The notes beneath the pieces were generated by a model. The model made no database searches. It had not been told where the DNA came from and worked only from the letters and a program-made list of their open reading frames with translations. Below, piece after piece: positions 23,081 to 30,433 of a DNA stretch of 30,433 bases. Position numbers and translations under genes: made by a program. How positions within the stretch are numbered: position 1 is the first letter of the stretch; each line of letters begins with the position of its first letter. The DNA comes from Chiloscyllium plagiosum (taxonomy: Eukaryota): assembly GCF_004010195.1 (NCBI RefSeq), contig NC_057718.1, positions 50,501,380 to 50,531,812 on the forward strand. Reading direction: 5' to 3'.

Positions 23081-23465
23081 TTCTGACCCACTGAAAGGAC
23101 AGATCCACCAGCGTTATGGCGCAGTGGTGTAGACTATGAAGGAGTTGCTCTGGCTGTCTTCAAAATTGACACTGGACTACATGAATTTTCATGCCAACAG
23201 GTGAAACATGGGCATGGAAATCTCCATCTGATGACCACTTACCACACCCAGCACCAACATCTCCATCCCCCACCAGCACATCCCACTCCCAACTAATGAG
23301 CCAGCACTCCTCCATGTTGAGCACCACTTGAAAGAAGTTTTGAGGGTACCAAGGGCACAGAATATATTCCAGATGGTGGTCATAATAGCCACCATCAAGT
23401 ATGGCTTAGTAGCTTCATCTCTAGCAGAGCTTAAGCTTTAAAACTTGTAGACTGAGTCTTCAGCT

Positions 23466-23484
23466 GGGGGGGGGGGGGGGGGGG
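23466..23484 (+). repeat. G19 homopolymer
   Basis: Direct count. Confidence 0.95.
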
Positions 23485-23633
23485 AAGCCACAAGAGGGAA
23501 AAATCTACTTTACCTCATGCTCACCAAACTGCTTGGTGCAGATTCAGCCATACATAAGAGTATTGGTAGGAGTGACTGTAGCACAGTACTTGTAGAGATG
23601 AAATCCTGTCTTTACATCAAGGATACTTTCCAT

Positions 23634-24198
23634 CACAACACCGTCCACTTGAGTATATCCTGGCAAGACAGAGTGTCCAACACGGCAGTCCTACCTCGTG
23701 CTGACCTTCCCAGCATGTAAACTCTGCTCAGGCAGTGGAGACTACGCTGGCTGGGCCATGTCCACTTCATGGAGGATGGCCGCATCCTAAAGGATATCCT
23801 CTATGGAGAGCTCACATCCAGGAAGAGACCCACTGGGCATCCCCAGCTGCGCTACAAGGACATCTGCATGAAGGACATGAAGGCACTCAATATTGGTATG
23901 GAGTCTTGGGAACGACTTGCAGCTGACCGCACGAGATGGAGAAGCACCCTGAACTAACACCTCAAAACAGGGGAAAGGAGGCCAATGAGCGCTATAGCAG
24001 ACAAGAGGGCACCAAGGAAGGAGTGCAGCAGATCTCGCAGATCAACAACCACATACAGATGTGATCTCTGCGACCGGGACTGTCAATACAACATTGGTCT
24101 CTTTAGTCACAAGCGACATTGCTTCAGGGAAGCAGAAAGCCAGAACAACGAGGATGCAACCCATGGTCAGCCATGACCGAAAGGGGCCTCACATCTCC
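23634..24198 (+). mobile_element. RTE-clade LINE 3' fragment
   Basis: ISWQDRVSNTAVL, RLRWLGHVHFMEDGRILKDILYGEL..RPTGHPQLRYKD..SWERLAADRTRWR, then a C2H2-like finger CDLCDRDC..IGLFSHKRHC. Flanked by a ~58-bp direct repeat. Confidence 0.9.
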
Positions 24199-24561
24199 CT
24201 GTAGCACAGTCCTTGAAGAGATGAATCCTGTTTTCACATCAAGGATAGTTTCCATAATGTTGTGCAGCACTATTACTACATGGAACAGGTTTGAACAAAC
24301 TAGCAACTCAAGATTGGATATCCATGAGGTTGTGGAGGCCACCAGCAGCAACAGAATTGTATTCAATCACAATTGGTAATCTCATAGCCTGGCACTCTAC
24401 CAGTGACATCAAGTTGGGAAATCTATCTTGGTTTATTGAAGAGTGCAGGAGGGCATGCTAACCTGGTGAAGGTGCAACACATGCCAAACAGCAGAGGCTA
24501 CATGCAAAAACCAGGGCAAAATGATCCCACAACCAACAGATCAGATAATAAGCTCTTCAGT

Positions 24562-27500
24562 ATGGTGGTAAATAAAAAGGAAAGCAGCAATTTATCATGT
24601 GTGCAGAAGGGTTTAAGTACAAGGCAGACTGTGAAAGAAGTAAAAAGGAAGGATAACTCAGGAGATATTATTATTGGAGATGTTGGAATTCATAAAGAAG
24701 ATTCTAAAACTAGCATAAGGGCACTTTACCTGAATGCTTGTAGCATTCATAACAAGGTTGATGAGTTAACAGTGCAAATCATTGCAAATGAATATGATTT
24801 AGTAGCCATTGCGGAGACATGGTTACAGGATGGTCACAACTGGGAGTTAAATATCCAGGAGTATCAGACTATTTGGAAGGACAGATAAGGAGTTAAGAGA
24901 GGTGGTGTAGCTCTGGTATTTAAGGACAACATCAGGATGGTGGTGAAAGATGATATAAGTTCGAGGGAGTATAATGTTGAATCCATCTGGGTGGAAATTA
25001 GAAATTCTAAAAAGAAAAAGTCTGTAATATGTGTAGCCCATAGAGCACCAAATAATAATATCACATTGGGGCAGACAATAAACAAAGGAATAACTAATGC
25101 CTGTAAAAATGGTATGGCAATTATCATGGGGGAATTTTAATCTACATGTCGACTGGTCGCACCAGATCGATCAGGGGAGCCTTGAGGAGGGGTTCATTGA
25201 ATGCATCCGCTTTAGTTTTCTTGGACAGTTTGTAATGGAACCGATGAGGGAGCAAGCTATCCTCAATCTGTTACTGTGTAATGAGACAGGAATAATTAAT
25301 AATGTCATAGTTAGGGATCATCTTGGAAGGAGTGATCACTGTATGGTTGAATTCAGAATACAGATGGAAATTGCAAAGGTAAAATCCAATACCAGGGCCC
25401 TGTGCTGAAACAAGGGAGACAAAAATAGGATGAGGGAGGAAATGGCTAAAGTAGATTGGAAGCGAAGACTTTTTGGTGGGACAGTTAACGAACAGTGGAG
25501 AACTTTCAAAGCAATTTTTCAAAGTGCTGTGAAGTAGTGTGTACCAGTGAAAAGGAAGGACTGTAGGAAAAGAGGTTATCTGTCACGTGTGTCTGAGGAA
25601 AAAAGGGAAGCTATCAAACTGAAAGAGAAGGCATACAAAGTTGCCAAGATCAGCAGGAAACTAGAAGATTAGGAAAGCTTTAAAGGTCAACAGAAATCCA
25701 CAAAAAGAACTATAATGAAAAGTAAGAGAGTATTAGACAATACTAGCTCAGAATATAAAGACAGATAACAAAAGTTTCTATAAATATATAAAACAAAACA
25801 GAGTGGCTAAAGTAAACGTTGGTCCTTTAGAGGATGAGAAGGGAGACTTCATAATGGGATATGAGAAAATGGCTGAGGCATTGAATATGTATTTTGTGTT
25901 GGTCTTCACAATGGAGGACATGAATAACATGCCAGTAATTGACAAAGACACATAACCAGGTCAGGACCTGGAATCAATCAGTTATCATGAAAGAGGTAGT
26001 GTTGGGCAAACTAATGGAACTAAGGATAGACAAGTCTCCTGGCCCTGATAGAATGCATCCGGGGGTCATAAAAGAGATGGTGGGAGAAATAACAAATGCA
26101 CTTGTGATAGTTTTCCAAAATTCACTGCACTCTGGGGTTTTTCCAACATATTGAAAAACAGAAAATGTGACACCACCATTTAAAAGGGAGGTAGAGAAAA
26201 TATGGGGAATTATAGACCAGTTAGCTTAACTTCTATAGTGGGAATAATGCTTGAATCTATTATCAAGGAAGAAATAGCAAGACATCTCGATGGAAATTGT
26301 TCCATTGGGCAGACACAGGATGGGTTCATGGAGGGCAGATCATACTTAATTAATCTTTTGGAATTCTATGAAGACATAATGAACACAGTGGACAACAGGG
26401 ACTCAGTAGATGTGGTGTATCTGGATTTCCAAAAGGCATTTGACAAGGTGCCAAACAAAAGGCTGCTGCTTATGATAAAGATGCAAGGCATTATGGGTAA
26501 TGTATTAGCATGGATAGAGGAATTGTTAACCAGCAAGAAGCAAGGAGTGGAGATAAATGAGTGCTCTTCTGGCAAGAAGGCATGTAAGTGGAGCTGTGTC
26601 CATGAAAAGAGCAGCCATGACCTTATTGAATGACGGAGCAGACTTGAAGGACCAGATGTCTACTCCTGCTCCTAGTAATCAGTGACTAGTCGTGTGCCTC
26701 AGGGATCAGTGTAGTGACTGCAATTATTCACAATTTACATAGATGATTTGGACTACGTGTAGTGTGTCAAAGTTTGCAAATGACACTAAGATGAGTGGTA
26801 GAGCAAAGTGTGCAGAGAACTGTGAAACCTTGCAAAGGGACATAGATAGTTTAAGTGAGTGGGCAAAGGTCTGGCAGATGGAGTGCAATGTTAATAACTG
26901 TGAAGTCATCCAGTTTAGTAGGATTAACAGTAAAAACAACTATTACTTGAATGGTAAGAAATTGCAGCATGCTGCTATGCAGAGGGACCTGGGTGTACTT
27001 GTGCAAGAATTACAGAAGGTTGGTCTGCAGGTACACAAGTAATTAGGAAAGCAAATGGAATTTTGTCCATCATTGCTGAAGGGATTGAGTTTAAATGCAG
27101 AGAGCTTATGTTGCAGCTGTACAGGGTGCTGGTGAGGGCATACCTAGAGTACCGCATGCAGTTTTGGTCTCCTTACTTGAGAAAGGATATAGTGGCATTG
27201 GATGGGGTGCAGAGGAGGTTCGCTAGGTTGATTCCAGTGTTGAGGGGGTTGGCTTATGAGTAGACTGAGATTATATTCATTGGAATTTAGAAAGATGAGG
27301 GGGGATCTTATAGAAGCATATAAAATTATGAAGGGAATAGATAAGATAAAAGTAGAGAGGATGTTTCCACTGGCAAATCAATCTAGAACAAGAGGGCATC
27401 GCGTTAAAATTAGGGGAAGCAGATTTAGGATTGAAATGAGAAGGAAATTCTTCACCCAGAAGGTTGTAAATCTATGGAATTTCCTGCCCAGTGAAGTAGT

Positions 27501-27690
27501 TGAGTCTTCCAAATTAAACGTTTTTAAAGCTAAGATAGATAACCTTTTGAATAGTAAAGGAATTAAGGGTTATGGTGAGAGGGTGTGTAAATGGAGCTGA
27601 GTCCGCAAAAAGATCAGCCATGACCTTATTGAATGGTGGAGCAAGCTCGAAGGGCCAGATGGTCTACTCCTGCTCCTAGTTCTTGTGTTT
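24562..27690 (+). mobile_element. CR1 LINE with nearly complete but disrupted ORF2 (APE and RT) and 3' UTR
   Basis: ALYLNACSIHNKVDEL, IAETWL, GGVAL, ESIWVEI, LGRSDH (APE); KSPGPD, NYRPVSLTS, YLDFQKAFDKVP, VPQGS, SKFANDTK, RGDLIEAYKI, TRGH (RT and C-terminus). Multiple stops and frameshifts. Confidence 0.96.
26575..26676 (+). mobile_element. ~100-bp CR1 3'-end copy inside the RT of a closely related element
   Basis: TGTAAGTGGAGCTG.GTCC..AAAAGA.CAGCCATGACCTTATTGAATG...TCTACTCCTGCTCCTAGT matches 27586-27680. Confidence 0.88.
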
Positions 27691-27769
27691 AGTCCTGCCA
27701 CAGCTCATAGTGAATGATGTTGGATGAGTAAAATACTTGCTCTTGTTGATCTCCCAGAATTGGGGATCC

Positions 27770-29858
27770 AAGTAACAGGGGAGAATGAGGAAAGAAGGAA
27801 ATTGACATTAATACAAGGGTTGTGCTAGAGAAAATAATGGGGCTGCAACTTGATAAATCCTCAGGATATAATGGTCCACGTCTCAGCGTTGGAGGAGAAT
27901 TACAAGATAACTGATGCATCGGTGATTAACCATAACAATTCCATAGATTACAGAATAATTCCTGTGGATTGGAAGGTAGGAGATGTCATCTTACTAATTA
28001 AGAAGGCAGCAAGAGAAAAAAAGATGATCCATAGACCAATTAGCCTTATATCAGTAACAGGGAAAATGCTAAAACCTATTATAAAGGATGGATAAATAGG
28101 CATCTGTTTGATATTGATCCAATCAGACAAAGCATGGATTTGCAAAAGGAATTTTGTATTTGACTAACTTGGAGTTGTTTGAAGATGTTACTGTCAAAAT
28201 TGTTAAAGGAGAGACAATGGGCATAGTATACTTAGATATGAACATAGGAAGAGGAATAGCACATTTAAACTCTCGAGCACAGTCCCCAATTCAATCTTAA
28301 CATGGCCAGTCTGTGGCCAAACTTTGTATACCTACCTACGGCCCACATCCCTTAGTATCTTTGCTTAACAAAAAATTATTTACCCTAGATTTAAAATTTA
28401 CAACTGATCTAGCATCTACTGCGACTCTTGTGGAAGAGAGTTCCGAACATCTACCACTCTGGAAATGTTTCCTAACATCTCTCCAAAATGATCTGGCCCA
28501 AATTGTCAGACTACCATCTTTCTAGAATCCCCAATCAATGGAAATAGTTTGTCTTTATTTATTCTATTTTTTTTCTGTAAATATCTTGTAGACTTCAATC
28601 AGATCACCCCTTAGCCTTCACAGTTTGAGACAAAACTTTCAGAAGACATTTAATAAAGTCCACAACAGCAAGCTGAATAGAAAAACAAAGCACATGAGAT
28701 AGGAGTATTGGCTTGGCTTAATAACTAGATAACGGACAAAATAGAGAAAAGGAATCGATGAGTCATTCTTACATTCGCAGCCTATGTCTAGTGGGGTACC
28801 ACAAGGATCAATATTGGCCCCCATCTGTTCACAATCTATATCAGTTGTTTAGAGAGGACCAAACACAATATTTCAAAACTTGCAATGATGCAAAGTTAAG
28901 TGGGAATGTAAATTCCAAAAAGAAGCAAAGAGACTTCAAAAGATTTAGGACAGGCTTGAAAGTGGCAGATGGAATATACTGTAATGCTGGGGGGAAAAAA
29001 AAGTGAGGTTATCCATGGCAGGAAAAAAGCAGATGTGCAGAGAAATTCTTAAATAGTAAGAGGTTAAAAAGCGTATGAACTTGGTGCCCTTATCCATAAG
29101 TCACTGAAGGTTAACACACAGATGTAGGAAGATAATAGGAAAGCTAATTGAAGGTTAGGCTTTATTGCAAGTGGATTGGAGTATAAGAGTAGTGAATGCT
29201 TACTTCAATTGTTTAGACCTCACCTGGAGTACTGTGTGGAGCTTTGGTCTACTTCTCTCAGGAAAGATATTGTTTCCGTGGAGGCAGTGCAAGTGTGGTT
29301 CACTCTCACGATGTTTAAGTTTTTTCTATAGTTGGGTAAATGCTATAGTTACAATATGATTGAAAAGCTTGGCTATGGATGTGACTAGCTCTTGAGCACA
29401 TGTCTTTAGCACTATTGCCAGAACTGTTCTATGAAGACACACCCGGAAAACTGGGTATGTATTCTCCAGAGTTTTAAAGAATAAGAATTTATCTTTTTGA
29501 AATTTACAAAATACTTAAAGGGATTGACAAGGTAGATGCAGGTAAGAGGTTTCCCTAGTTGGAATGACAAGATCAGAGGGCACAAATTAAAAATAAATCG
29601 GATGCCACTTACGTACGAGATGAGGTGAATACATTTCATTCAGAGGATTGTGAACCTTTGAAATTCTCTATCACAGAGGCCTATAGAAGTTCACTTTTTG
29701 ATGTGCAATGTAGAGATTGATAGATTTTTGATTACCAGTGACATACAAGATTATGGGGATTGAAGGAGTAAAAGACATTGAAGTGATCAATCAGCCACAA
29801 TCGTATAAATTGATGGGATAGGCTCGACAGGCTGACTGGTGTACTCCTGTTCATATTG
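27770..29858 (+). mobile_element. Older, more decayed CR1 LINE (RT to 3' UTR)
   Basis: IPVDWKVGDVILLIKK, HRPISLISVTGKML, VYLD|FQKTFNKV, SGVPQGSILAP, NDAKLSG, HLEYCV and IRGHKLKI. 3' UTR ends TACTCCTGTTC. Confidence 0.88.
28238..28635 (-). mobile_element. Antisense CR1 3' fragment nested in the older CR1
   Basis: Reverse complement reads LRGDLIEVYKIF..RVVDVRNSLPQ..FKSRVNNFLLSKDTKGCG followed by a CR1 3' UTR. It splits the host VYLD|FQK motif. Confidence 0.85.
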
Positions 29859-30101
29859 TGGTCAAGCAACCACAGGCCCAAAATTTGACATTCTGTATAG
29901 AATCACAGCCGGAGAAATTGGGCTGAACAGAAAATTGACCAAACTAAATGAAACAGCAGCCAGCAGCTACTGAGAACAGTGGAGACTAAGATCAAAGAGG
30001 TTACAAAAGGTGGGGGGATCCAGACACTCTGGCATTTTAACCACCTGAGTAGGTGCACTTTACACTTCCTGGCATGACAACAATGAAGGGTGTTGGCAAG
30101 A

Positions 30102-30433
30102 GGAAAAAGTGAGGTCTGCAGATGCTGGAGATCAGAGCTGAAAATGTGTTGCTGGAAAAGCGCAGCAGGTCAGGCAGCATCCAGGGAACAGGAGAATCGA
30201 CGTTTCGGGCATAAGCCCTTCTTCAGGAATGAGGAAAGTTTGTCCAGCACGCTAAGATAAAAGGTAGGGAGGAGGGACGTGGGGGAGGGGCGTCGGAAAT
30301 GTGATAGGTAGAAAGAGGTCAAGGTGAGGGTGATAGGCGAGACTGGGGTGCGGGGGGAGAGGTGGGGAAGAAGATTGCAGGTTAGGAAGGCGGTGCTGAA
30401 TTCGATGGATTTGACTGAGACAAGGTAGGGGGA
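30102..30433 (-). mobile_element. Penelope-like element 3' end (tail, pLTR, UTR), running off the window
   Basis: Reverse complement aligns with ~22270-22595. Confidence 0.92.
30199..30226 (-). ncRNA. Minimal hammerhead-ribozyme-like motif
   Basis: Reverse complement reads CTGAAGA-A-GGGC TTAT GCCC-GAAA-CG-TC. Confidence 0.65.

Larger units (their letters stand above)
22600..24561 (+). mobile_element. Old APE-type non-LTR retrotransposon (CR1/L2 group, family unassigned), endonuclease region; resumes at 27691-27733
   Basis: LTNIWN, RPDI, LLHVEHHLKEVLRV, TRGKNLLYLMLT and SIGRSDCSTVLV (SDH-like) motifs. The KLFS|PAT frame continues after the CR1 insertion. Confidence 0.7.

Noticed and set aside
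265..30433. Recurrent ~92-nt repeat as a CRISPR-like or prokaryotic array
   Set aside because: Copies are dispersed, occur in both orientations, carry TSDs and are attached to a GIY-YIG ORF; the context is vertebrate.

Overview
Repeat-dense, apparently intergenic or intronic vertebrate DNA, most likely from a shark (inferred from HE1/V-SINE-like SINEs, many CR1 LINEs and Penelope-like elements, PLEs). No host protein-coding gene can be supported. The recognisable ORFs are transposon remnants: at least four large CR1 copies plus several CR1 3' fragments, a second APE-type LINE family, an RTE-clade LINE 3' fragment with a ~58-bp flanking duplication, two decayed PIF/Harbinger transposases, and GIY-YIG PLEs of two ages. 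The most notable structure is a ~92-nt PLE terminal unit carrying a minimal hammerhead-ribozyme-like motif. It recurs with the same boundaries as a solo insert with a 14-bp TSD, as a loop-less 186-bp palindrome with a 14-bp TSD, at the ends of longer PLEs, and next to a perfect 96-bp inverted duplication of local DNA. There is one 203-N assembly gap. Family assignments come from recognising motifs by eye, not from database searches.
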